A DNA stretch of 64,000 bases from Candidatus Equicola faecalis (lineage in GTDB: Bacteria > Bacteroidota > Bacteroidia > Bacteroidales > Bacteroidaceae), in NCBI GenBank assembly GCA_018065185.1, contig JAGHTU010000004.1, positions 60,042 to 124,041 of the forward strand, read 5' to 3'. The translations under genes and the position numbers were made by a program. The notes below the pieces were generated by a model, which worked only from the letters and a program-made list of their open reading frames with translations, was not told the origin of the DNA and made no database searches. Positions 20,083-28,809 of the stretch are shown here, in pieces. Each line of letters begins with the position of its first letter. Position 1 is the first letter of the stretch.

Positions 20083-21303
20083 ATGAGTGCAAACAGAATA
20101 TCAGAAAAGACCCTGATTTCAGGCGGAAAATATAACACTCAATTGTTGTATTTCACTTGCTCCTCATTGAGCAGTGATGACGAGTGGCTCTTTCTGATGT
20201 CCGACCGCAGTGGTGCACCTAACGTCTTTGCCCACAACCTTAAGAGCGGTGAGGAACGCCAACTCACACACAACGTGCATGGGACGCTCAAAAGTTATGT
20301 CTATTTCGATTGCACTCCTCACATCGGTCTTGGGAAAGCGTCCGTATGTCTCGACCCACATCAAAAGATTGTATATTACATTCAGGACGATAAAATCTAT
20401 AAGGTGGGGCTTGATGCACAGCCACAATATCTTGCAGACATTCCCCACGACCGCGTGACAGCCTTCACGCATGTGAGCCTTGACGGAAAGAAACTGTGCG
20501 TGCCGATGACCGATGCACGAGCTTTGGATTACGACCCACAGACGGAAGGCAGCGGACTTGACCGCCGTCCTGTTTACAACATTGACGGCCGTGTACAGAG
20601 AGAGTCTCTCAGCAGTTATCTGTGTGTCTATGACACCGAGACGGGAGCGCTCCTTTACGAAAAGCGAATCCCGAAATGCTGGATCACTCACGTCCAGTTC
20701 AACCCCATAAATTCGGACATAATAATGTACAATCACGAATGGCCTGAACAGGACTGTGGCATTCGCCGCATCTGGATTTACGACCATGCAAAAGACGCCT
20801 ACACAAATATCCGCAAGGACGGAGCCGAAGACTGGGTGTGCCATGAGATGTGGAGCGATGATGGGAGCGTTATCATCTATCACGGTGGTTATGCTAACGG
20901 GCTGGCTATGGTGGGACGCTATGAGATGCTGACGGCAAAGAGGACGGAAATCAGTCTGCCTGCCGACTACAACGCTTATGGGCATTTCACGATGGACCAT
21001 CAGCAGATGCTCTGTTGCGATGGGTATTTCAAGTTTCCTGACGATGTAAAGAAAGTGCGCGAAAACAGCACCGACAATGGTCCCGACCCGCACAAGAAAG
21101 ATGGGGAATATATCTCGCGCGTCATTCCCGACTGGGAGGGCAGAACGCTCACGTGGATTCCGCTCTGTAAGCACAACAGCGACTGGCTCGGACAGGACGC
21201 TCACCCCCACCCTATCTATAGTCATAGTGGCGACCGCATCTTCTTCAATTCGCGAGAAGACAAATATGTGCAGGTTTTCTCAATTGAGACTAATGAGTTA
21301 TGA
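20083..21303 (+). CDS. Oligogalacturonate lyase-like (PL22/Ogl) beta-propeller protein
   Basis: LYFT, FMSDRSG, HVQFNP, YNHE, HEMWSDDG and AHPHPIYS match the Ogl pattern. No signal peptide. Confidence 0.7.
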   Translation: MSANRISEKTLISGGKYNTQLLYFTCSSLSSDDEWLFLMSDRSGAPNVFAHNLKSGEERQLTHNVHGTLKSYVYFDCTPHIGLGKASVCLDPHQKIVYYIQDDKIYKVGLDAQPQYLADIPHDRVTAFTHVSLDGKKLCVPMTDARALDYDPQTEGSGLDRRPVYNIDGRVQRESLSSYLCVYDTETGALLYEKRIPKCWITHVQFNPINSDIIMYNHEWPEQDCGIRRIWIYDHAKDAYTNIRKDGAEDWVCHEMWSDDGSVIIYHGGYANGLAMVGRYEMLTAKRTEISLPADYNAYGHFTMDHQQMLCCDGYFKFPDDVKKVRENSTDNGPDPHKKDGEYISRVIPDWEGRTLTWIPLCKHNSDWLGQDAHPHPIYSHSGDRIFFNSREDKYVQVFSIETNEL

Positions 21304-21643
21304 GTTATAAGTTATGAATTATAAGGACTCCGAGCTTTGCTCGCCTGAGCACTCACTGGAGCGCAAGAATGAGTTACGCCCCTCCCTCGGGAGGGTTGGG
21401 GAGGGGCTCTCTGCGTAGCATCTGCAAGGTGCGTCTCTGCCCTCTGCGTACAAAATTCATAAGACTGCGCAAGCAGTCGTGAAGAAGAACAGACAACAAG
21501 CGTAAATTTATTTATAGATTGGAGGCTGTTATGCTTCACAGAAAGTTCACAGAACTTTGAATTTTGCTCTGCGAGGAACAAGAAACAAGAAGCAGAAATA
21601 AGAAACGAGAAACCAATATAAATAATTAATAAACCTTTTCATC

Positions 21644-22381
21644 ATGAAAATTATAATACGATTCTTTTATTGTCTCTATCAGATTTGTATCGCCTTACCA
21701 TTGATGCTGATTGCCACGATGCTGACCGCCATCACCACCATCATCGGTTGCTCGTTTGGGAGTGGCGACTTCTGGAGTTATTACCCACCGGCAGTCTGGT
21801 CGCGCCTGTGTTGCTGGGTATTCTTCCTTCCTGTCAAGGTGGAAGGTAGGGAGCATTTGAAGAAGGGGCAGTCGTACATCTTTGTTGCCAACCATCAGGG
21901 GGTGTTTGACATCTGGATGCTTTACGGCTTCCTTGGCAAGAACTTCAAATGGATGATGAAGAAAGAGTTGCGCAAGATTCCTCTTGTGGGGAAGGCGTGT
22001 GAGAAGGCAAATCATCTCTTTATTGAGCGTGGCAACACTGTTGAGACCACGAAAGCCCTTGAGCGTGCGCGTGAGATTTTGCGCAGTGGTATGTCTGTTT
22101 GCGTCTTTCCAGAGGGCACGAGGACAAAAACGGGCAATATAGGGCATTTCAAGCGCGGTGCTTATATCTTGGCAAAAGACATTCAATTGCCCGTTGTCCC
22201 CATCACCATCAATGGCTCATACGATGTGCTTCCCACGACAAGGGGCATTTCGTTTGTCAAGTGGCATCGTCTGAGCCTCACCATCCACGCCCCTATCCCT
22301 TACGATGAAGGGCAAGAGATGAAAGACCTGATGGACGAAAGCCGTAGCATCATTGAATCGGGGTTGTTGGAGAAAGAGTAA
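21644..22381 (+). CDS. plsC: 1-acyl-sn-glycerol-3-phosphate acyltransferase (PlsC family)
   Basis: ANHQGVFD and VFPEGTRT motifs. Confidence 0.85.
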   Translation: MKIIIRFFYCLYQICIALPLMLIATMLTAITTIIGCSFGSGDFWSYYPPAVWSRLCCWVFFLPVKVEGREHLKKGQSYIFVANHQGVFDIWMLYGFLGKNFKWMMKKELRKIPLVGKACEKANHLFIERGNTVETTKALERAREILRSGMSVCVFPEGTRTKTGNIGHFKRGAYILAKDIQLPVVPITINGSYDVLPTTRGISFVKWHRLSLTIHAPIPYDEGQEMKDLMDESRSIIESGLLEKE

Positions 22382-22405
22382 GAGATTTTTAGCATATGTA
22401 GATAC

Positions 22406-22657
22406 TTATTGACTATCGCGCATGACTTCTGCATAAAACCGATTTAACTGAAACAGCATTACATCCAAACTATATCGCAGATAGTTTTCTGCATCCCTGA
22501 TTTCTGTTGAAAGGTACATATTCCGTCTCATCGTTACTTCTGCTTCGCGCTCAACTTCATCGTATTTATACAACAGCTCGGTCGGATTTTCCCAATTCAG
22601 TTCGTTTACAATTCTTTTCATCAAACACATTTCATCAGGCTCATCCATTTGGCACAA
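22406..22657 (-). CDS. Small hypothetical protein or gene remnant at the distal end of the island
   Basis: 83-aa ORF 17 nt downstream of the PP2C gene on the same strand. No recognisable motif. Confidence 0.4.
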   Translation of the reverse strand: MCQMDEPDEMCLMKRIVNELNWENPTELLYKYDEVEREAEVTMRRNMYLSTEIRDAENYLRYSLDVMLFQLNRFYAEVMRDSQ

Positions 22658-22674
22658 ATAAACTACTATTGGCT

Positions 22675-23487
22675 TTACATGGAGAAATGCATAATAGCCA
22701 TAGAATAATCATCATTTGCTATAACCTTTTGGTTTAGAAGCTTTGTTATGTGTTTCCTAAAATTATAATCGTGAGATATACTATTAAATAAGGGATTAAC
22801 GACTTGACCAAAATTATCTATTTTTCGATTCAATGCACTCAAAATAAAATTCTCATTTTTAGTCCTTGATTCAATTGCAGTCTTCAATTCATTATCATAA
22901 AGACCTTTGTTTGCGATACAATACGATGACAATATATAATGTGCCAACGCATCGCTACATATAAAAACAACATCATCTGTGCCGATACTGAAAGTACCAC
23001 ATTTAAAGCCTTTAGGGTTCAGCTCATCTTTACTGTTTATTAAATATGGTGCAGAATTAAAATCAACCAGTGCTCCAAAACTATGTTCTAATAGTCCTAT
23101 TTTACGATTATAGTGGAATACAACACTATCCCCATACGCCATCCAATTAACATTCCCATTAACATACCAAGCACATGCGAGTGTAGCAAATGAACCCTCG
23201 TCATAGAACTTATCCAAGAACATGCCGCCTATCTTTTTTGCTTCATCTTCACATTCGAGATAGAAAGGTTCCCAAATAGTTTCAATCCATGAGTCTAATC
23301 GGTCAAATGAAGTAATTGGTGTTGACGGAAGGTTGTTTATCAGATACTCTGACCATCGTTCTGCAAATACGCCACCGCCTCCTGCACCGTCAGAAACCGC
23401 GATAAGATTCCCTTTTGCTATTACAGAATCTTCATTGACAGATGGTTCAAGAATCTTACCTATTGACGATACTTTGAGTTTATACAT
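22675..23487 (-). CDS. PP2C-like protein phosphatase (TerY-P triad type)
   Basis: Metal-binding motifs NEDS, AVSDGAGG, YGDS, ICSDAL and NDDYS. Overlaps the upstream gene by 8 nt. Confidence 0.85.
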   Translation of the reverse strand: MYKLKVSSIGKILEPSVNEDSVIAKGNLIAVSDGAGGGGVFAERWSEYLINNLPSTPITSFDRLDSWIETIWEPFYLECEDEAKKIGGMFLDKFYDEGSFATLACAWYVNGNVNWMAYGDSVVFHYNRKIGLLEHSFGALVDFNSAPYLINSKDELNPKGFKCGTFSIGTDDVVFICSDALAHYILSSYCIANKGLYDNELKTAIESRTKNENFILSALNRKIDNFGQVVNPLFNSISHDYNFRKHITKLLNQKVIANDDYSMAIMHFSM

Positions 23488-24931
23488 TTGCTTTTGAGAT
23501 GTTTGTCGGTGTACCGATATCCATTAATTGAATAAGAGTAGTCATATCTGCATTTACAGCCATTGCAGAATGTCGTTCTTTTCTATTATCATTGAGATAA
23601 GTTGAAATATCATCATTATATCTCAGTGGCAATAGACTTGACATATCAAATAGGATTTTACCATAAGAGTTTTCGCCCAGTTCGGCTTTAGAAATTGGGA
23701 ATGCGACTACGCCATCCCCATTTCCTGGCACAATATGAATATTGAACAGCAAGACATTACCATCATTCGTAAACATGGACTTTATCTCATTTGCCTTCTG
23801 TGTAACAGACTCCACTGTTGCACCATTGAAAATGCCGTCTGTTATGTTAATGATAGTAGGAGGGTAACAATCTTGGTTTTGATGCTTCATCATCCAATCA
23901 TCAAGCAATTCTCTTGCTTTATCTAGAGCTCTATGGACAAAGGTGCTTCTGCCATCACTTCTTGCCTCTACCCACTGAACTTTCTCTACCTCTTTTACAA
24001 CAACTCCTCTACGGGTTCTTTTTTCTTCACGAGTAATTATCTTTTTATATGGATGATCACGTAATTCTTCTGGAGTAACAAAGGATTTGCCTTCAAGCTC
24101 TCCCTGCCAACCGAAATAGGATTCTCTTCCATATCCGATAACAGCTATATCATAATAATTTCTAACCTCTATTGATTTTATACAGCGTAAAACCAGCTCA
24201 TTTATTGTTCTATTAACAATTCTTGCAGCAGCTTCAGCCAACGTCATTTCTTCACCAAACAAACTTGTTTTGTTTCGCATTGAAATAGATTGGTCTATCA
24301 AGAAGATGAACGCAGTTGGATTGCCTCGTGAGATTTGCGCAGTATAGGCTTCCTTGCCAAGTAACTGATTTGGGTTCGATGGAAGAGGAATACCAAAGTT
24401 CGATATATTAGTAATTGCTTCCAACGGAATAAAATTCTTTACGAGAACTTCTGCTTGGAAGTATTTTTGTTCATCTTCAGGCAAATCAAAATGTTTTCTC
24501 ACTTTTAAAGCGGAAAAATGTATATTGTCTAATGCCGACAGGGAACTACCGACCTGAGCGCCATCGCGAGTGGCATTACGATCTGCATATTTCGTATACT
24601 TCCATCCAACAACTGCTGGATCAATTTCCAAAATCACAGGATTTGATATTCTTCCATCCTTCATTGCAACGAACATCATTGGATGCTGTCGGGTAAAACT
24701 TACACGGACATAGTTCTGTAAGCCATCACGTAAATCTAACTGACGTGACAGCTCTCCACCTCCAGGTTTTCTGATAGTTATACCTTTTTCCTTGCAATCC
24801 ATCCATGAGTATAGACCTCCGTTCTTTATAATGGACTCCAGATTATCTCTATCCGTAAAGTGATATAATTTGTTTATACCATTTTTCTTTAGAATGTCTA
24901 AAAAATCTTGATAGTTTTGTTTTGTTGTCAT
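23480..24931 (-). CDS. Fusion of a DarT (DUF4433) DNA ADP-ribosyltransferase domain and a TerY-like vWA domain
   Basis: aa 1-180 has LYHFTDRDNLESIIKNGGLYS, YVRVSF...HPMMF and QAEVLV (catalytic Glu). aa 190-483 has YTAQISRGNPTAFIFLIDQSISM (MIDAS DxSxS), YYDIAVIGY, INITDG and LLFNIHI. Confidence 0.85.
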   Translation of the reverse strand: MTTKQNYQDFLDILKKNGINKLYHFTDRDNLESIIKNGGLYSWMDCKEKGITIRKPGGGELSRQLDLRDGLQNYVRVSFTRQHPMMFVAMKDGRISNPVILEIDPAVVGWKYTKYADRNATRDGAQVGSSLSALDNIHFSALKVRKHFDLPEDEQKYFQAEVLVKNFIPLEAITNISNFGIPLPSNPNQLLGKEAYTAQISRGNPTAFIFLIDQSISMRNKTSLFGEEMTLAEAAARIVNRTINELVLRCIKSIEVRNYYDIAVIGYGRESYFGWQGELEGKSFVTPEELRDHPYKKIITREEKRTRRGVVVKEVEKVQWVEARSDGRSTFVHRALDKARELLDDWMMKHQNQDCYPPTIINITDGIFNGATVESVTQKANEIKSMFTNDGNVLLFNIHIVPGNGDGVVAFPISKAELGENSYGKILFDMSSLLPLRYNDDISTYLNDNRKERHSAMAVNADMTTLIQLMDIGTPTNISKANV

Positions 24932-24934
24932 ATG

Positions 24935-25543
24935 TTAGTCATTAAATAATGTCAATTGTATGTTATCCGAAGACGTATTCTCATCTTTTTTGCTACTAAA
25001 GGGGTATATCCCTTCAACATACGCTTTTATAAGAAAAGCATGAGAAAGTGGTTTTGAAGGATCATCCACATCACAATTTGTTGCATAGTCAAGTAGTACG
25101 ATTGTCTTCATCTTACTCAATTCACGTAAACGTTCAATAATGTTGTGAACCTTATTTTCAAGTACCCATTTGTATGCAGGAAGATAGATCTGGTGTCTTG
25201 CTTCTATGTAACCAAGCAGTTCACTTCCATTTACCCCTTTCCTATGTCCCAGAGGCTTTCCGTATTTTCGTACAGTTCTTTTAAGACCTGCCATTGTTGT
25301 ATTTGTGAATAGCGATGTGTCAACATCACAAGTTTCAAATACCTTTAACCCTTGCCATATGGCTTCAACACAGGATGCCGTAACACCTTCAGAAAAAGGC
25401 ACTGGAATATTTCCATGAGGATAAAATGGACTAAGTTTCACAATTGTATCCTTTGCTTGACTCGTTACATCTGCAATTATGACATTTGGATATTTCTTTA
25501 AGATATTCTCAGGCTTCTTTCTATGTGATTCTATTATTATCAT
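24935..25543 (-). CDS. DUF6939-like protein, NADAR/YbiA-like putative ADP-ribosylhydrolase
   Basis: LSPFYPHGNIPVP and SCVEAIWQGLKVFE resemble the NADAR LSNFY and SVEHxxQAxKF motifs. Ends 3 nt before the DarT-vWA gene. Confidence 0.65.
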   Translation of the reverse strand: MIIIESHRKKPENILKKYPNVIIADVTSQAKDTIVKLSPFYPHGNIPVPFSEGVTASCVEAIWQGLKVFETCDVDTSLFTNTTMAGLKRTVRKYGKPLGHRKGVNGSELLGYIEARHQIYLPAYKWVLENKVHNIIERLRELSKMKTIVLLDYATNCDVDDPSKPLSHAFLIKAYVEGIYPFSSKKDENTSSDNIQLTLFND

Positions 25544-25745
25544 AAATAGTCCTCTCGAATAAATGGATTATAAAAAATAAAAAGATACTTTCATCACGCA
25601 TTTTAAAGACGACATCAAAATTACCATTGCTCATTATTGGATTACTTTCATAGTCAAGAATAGGGCATAAATGAGTGAGTGTAGCAAAATTGTTTTCTGC
25701 ATGCAAAATTGAGTCAATATATTCTAATATAAGTGAATAATTCAT
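25521..25745 (-). pseudogene. Truncated paralogue of the kinase N-terminus
   Basis: MNYSLILEYIDSILHAENNFATLTHLCPILDYESNPIMSNGNFDVVFKM aligns without gaps to the kinase's MKYPIISDYIDSIMSAEENFATLINLRPVLDNEGHPIMSSGNFAVVFKM, then similarity is lost. Confidence 0.85.
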
Positions 25746-25748
25746 ATA

Positions 25749-26411
25749 CTATTCATTAATATCTTTAGTCATTCTTGCTATTTCGTTTACTCCTTCCAAG
25801 AATCTGTAAATAAACAACATCGATGAACGCAAAGTCTCTATACTAATACTAGCAGAAAAAAGTTTCCCTTTGCTTTTACCTAATTGTCGATTTACAAGAT
25901 GACTGTAGCGAAAAGCAGTAGAATCCGGGTCATATTTTTCAAATTCAAGGATCAACTTTCGTATTTTCTTTGTTATGTTATCTGCTTGCATATAGGGGGT
26001 AAGCATTTCCCATAGACTTTCTAAACCATGTTTCTTCAAGTCGTCAATGTTCACGCCTGTTTTGAATAATAATATAGATTCCTTCATTATATTCTCCATG
26101 TAGATACGGAAACAATAAAGCGCAGGAAAAATATACGAATCCTTTATCAGATTGTTCTTGCAATATTTGCAAACGCCCAATAGGTTAATAGCAACGCTGG
26201 CATAACCAATAGAGAATTTTAAAGAATCCAATTCTCCATTGTTGATGATGCTATCAGACGAAAATGCTGAAGACTGAAACATAAAATCTGGAATATTATC
26301 CATTTTTAATGCATCAATATCTTCACAAGAAATATGAAGCACATCTTTTATGATGTCACTCCTTAACCTTTTCTTGTACCTCTTCAAAAAATGTTTTTTG
26401 TATTTATTCAT
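25749..26411 (-). CDS. Hypothetical protein with a HEPN-like helical pattern
   Basis: FPALYCFRIYMENIMK, KHGLESLW and DPDSTAFRY follow the ExxxK / HxLxxL / RY pattern of HEPN-fold proteins. Confidence 0.5.
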   Translation of the reverse strand: MNKYKKHFLKRYKKRLRSDIIKDVLHISCEDIDALKMDNIPDFMFQSSAFSSDSIINNGELDSLKFSIGYASVAINLLGVCKYCKNNLIKDSYIFPALYCFRIYMENIMKESILLFKTGVNIDDLKKHGLESLWEMLTPYMQADNITKKIRKLILEFEKYDPDSTAFRYSHLVNRQLGKSKGKLFSASISIETLRSSMLFIYRFLEGVNEIARMTKDINE

Positions 26412-26417
26412 TTTGCT

Positions 26418-28331
26418 TTATTCTTCGTGATAATCAAGTTTGTAGTATGATTGATACTTTCCTTTCTTTTTATACTCAATCACATTAATCATGGCTGGTG
26501 TTATTTTTCCGCCTTTTATGATTGAGGAGTGAGTAATCGCAAATGAGACATTTTCAGAAATAGTCTTGCATGAGATATGAAAGAACCTGTTCTCATCTTC
26601 TGTCTTTACTTTAATATCACCAATACTATTGATTTCGTCAATACATAATTTTCGCTCACTGAATATTACATATTCTTCTTCTCTTTCATCAAAGGTATCA
26701 ATCACCTCAAACGATCTGGAGTGTGAATTTTCCCTATTTTGTATATCATTCACCTTGTCTGAAAAATGTTTGGCTAAGAATATATTGCGAGCCTTACTTC
26801 TTCTATATAAATTAGCAAGCCACCAACATGCTTCTTTACTGTTGGTTGACGCTTTTGTGAACCAGAATATTGCTTTATTTAAGTCTTGTCGTTGTCCCAA
26901 TTTATGCAAAAGTCCATTTTCACCAAACACTCCATGGTCATACCAATGTCCCAAGATGCATTGAGCATCGGAGTTGTTCATATTGGCAGCTTTCGTAAAA
27001 AGTCTTAGAGCTTCATTTCCATCTCTTGGAACGCCCCTACCTTCATTGTAACATTGAGCTAACATTACAATTGGGATTGAGTCTTCTTTTTGTGCAAGGC
27101 ATTCTTTGAGCAATTGTACTCCTCTATTATAATCTTGTTTAAAAGGGTACCATGCTCTAATCAATTGAACAGCAAGATACAATTTGGCATCATAATAACC
27201 GCATTTAACAGCTTCTTCTAGGCACTTAACCTGAGTGTTATAATGTTTATTATGAAGATGATGCATCATATAGATGGCGAAATAGTTTTCTCCGACATCC
27301 ATGCCTTTTTTGATTCTATCATCACATAGTTTGATATATTCCTCATACTTATTCTCTTTTTTGTACTTTATGGCTTGTTTAATGATGCTATCGAAATGGT
27401 GCGTTGAATTGACATAAGTATTTGGGGCGGATATTTTCAATCTATTAAAGCTGTACTCTGACAAGCGTTTTCCTGAATAAACTTCCAAAAACAAACTAAC
27501 CAAAGTACATATCTGACTATCTGACAACATCTTGGAAACGATACGGAATGCGCCACTCTCTCCGAGATCTAAATAGTCTTTTTGTGCAAACAGCAATCGT
27601 TCTCCACCTGTAAAATCGTGGTACAAAGAAGGTGAATTAATAATGGCTTTCAATGATAACAGAATTGTACAAATAGAAAAATCATCTAAATGTTCATCAA
27701 ATTCGGTTGTTGTTCTATAAGGATGCTGATAATCAGGTGAACCTATTTCTTTAGCCTCTTGACCTTTCATTTCCGGAACATACATTCCGTCATAATCAAC
27801 CAACACTAGTTCTCCATTGTCAGTAACAAGAATGTTATCAGGTTTTAGATCTCCATGTGCAATAGGCGAAGAAATTAACCATTTTGATAATTGATAGAAA
27901 CGGAAAAACAAAGTGTTCAATTCTGCATTGTTATCAATGTTCTTTGCGATATATCTATCCAAAGTTAATCCATCCACCCAATCCATAACAAGCACAGGGT
28001 AGTCTGTCTCTAAACTTTGTTTAGTATTGACAAATAATTCATATTCGTAATAATGGACATTCAATAGATATGGTGACTTTAGCCAGTCTAACTGACGTGA
28101 AATCATACTATAAGACTCGCTTCTTGTTTGTTGGTCTTTTGTGAAGCATTTTACGGCATATTCCTTTCTGCTTTCTACATCTATCATTTTGAACACAACT
28201 GCGAAATTGCCACTACTCATTATTGGATGTCCCTCGTTGTCAAGGACAGGACGAAGGTTTATTAGTGTAGCAAAATTTTCCTCTGCTGACATTATAGAAT
28301 CAATATAATCAGAGATTATAGGATATTTCAT
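26418..28331 (-). CDS. Ser/Thr protein kinase with Sel1-like repeats and a small beta-rich C-terminal domain
   Basis: GNFAVVFK, YAVKCF, MDWVDG, HGDLKPDNIL and LVDYDG. Sel1 repeats include LAQCYNEGRGVPRDGNEALRLFTKAANMNNSDAQCILGHWY. Confidence 0.9.
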   Translation of the reverse strand: MKYPIISDYIDSIMSAEENFATLINLRPVLDNEGHPIMSSGNFAVVFKMIDVESRKEYAVKCFTKDQQTRSESYSMISRQLDWLKSPYLLNVHYYEYELFVNTKQSLETDYPVLVMDWVDGLTLDRYIAKNIDNNAELNTLFFRFYQLSKWLISSPIAHGDLKPDNILVTDNGELVLVDYDGMYVPEMKGQEAKEIGSPDYQHPYRTTTEFDEHLDDFSICTILLSLKAIINSPSLYHDFTGGERLLFAQKDYLDLGESGAFRIVSKMLSDSQICTLVSLFLEVYSGKRLSEYSFNRLKISAPNTYVNSTHHFDSIIKQAIKYKKENKYEEYIKLCDDRIKKGMDVGENYFAIYMMHHLHNKHYNTQVKCLEEAVKCGYYDAKLYLAVQLIRAWYPFKQDYNRGVQLLKECLAQKEDSIPIVMLAQCYNEGRGVPRDGNEALRLFTKAANMNNSDAQCILGHWYDHGVFGENGLLHKLGQRQDLNKAIFWFTKASTNSKEACWWLANLYRRSKARNIFLAKHFSDKVNDIQNRENSHSRSFEVIDTFDEREEEYVIFSERKLCIDEINSIGDIKVKTEDENRFFHISCKTISENVSFAITHSSIIKGGKITPAMINVIEYKKKGKYQSYYKLDYHEE

Positions 28332-28343
28332 AAGACGTTATTT

Positions 28344-28622
28344 TTAGAATGGTAAATCATCTGAAGTGTCATCACTATCATTCTTAAATGTATAACCCCA
28401 CGTATGAAGTTTTTTGATTATTTGAGCAAGCCTATTGACTTCATCTATTGACTGAGTTCTTGCATCAATTTTCTTTAAGTTCAGCGCATACTTGAATGTA
28501 CTATTTCCAATACTTGTCACAGAATTTGGAATAATTATTTCTCCAGATGCTATTGTATCGCAACGCATCAAGACCTTTTCTGTCTCATCAAACGTTAAAA
28601 ATTCACGATTATCCATGCTCAT
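28344..28622 (-). CDS. Short protein with one BspA-type LRR unit and an acidic DDLPF tail, possibly internally deleted
   Basis: IIIPNSVTSIGNSTF and C-terminus SDDTSDDLPF. The start is set at ATG 28622 because the promoter lies inside the longer ORF call. Confidence 0.6.
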   Translation of the reverse strand: MSMDNREFLTFDETEKVLMRCDTIASGEIIIPNSVTSIGNSTFKYALNLKKIDARTQSIDEVNRLAQIIKKLHTWGYTFKNDSDDTSDDLPF

Positions 28623-28655
28623 ATTGTTTTCTTTCTGTAATGGTGCTTCCTTTTG

Positions 28656-28663
28656 CAAATTTA
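28656..28663 (-). promoter_or_regulatory. -7 element for the kinase/DarT-vWA operon
   Basis: Minus-strand TAAATTTG(CA) matches TAnnTTTG, 34 nt before ATG 28622. Confidence 0.6.
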
Positions 28664-28809
28664 GTGCATAGCAAGAATAAAACAATAATAATTTTTATCA
28701 ATTATCACCTGTTATTTTCTAGGCTTATTATTTTCTTTTTCCCATCATCTATGATGAGACGCTTATCGGTGTGGAATGTGGGAAGATCACAGAGTAGGCT
28801 CTGTCCAAG

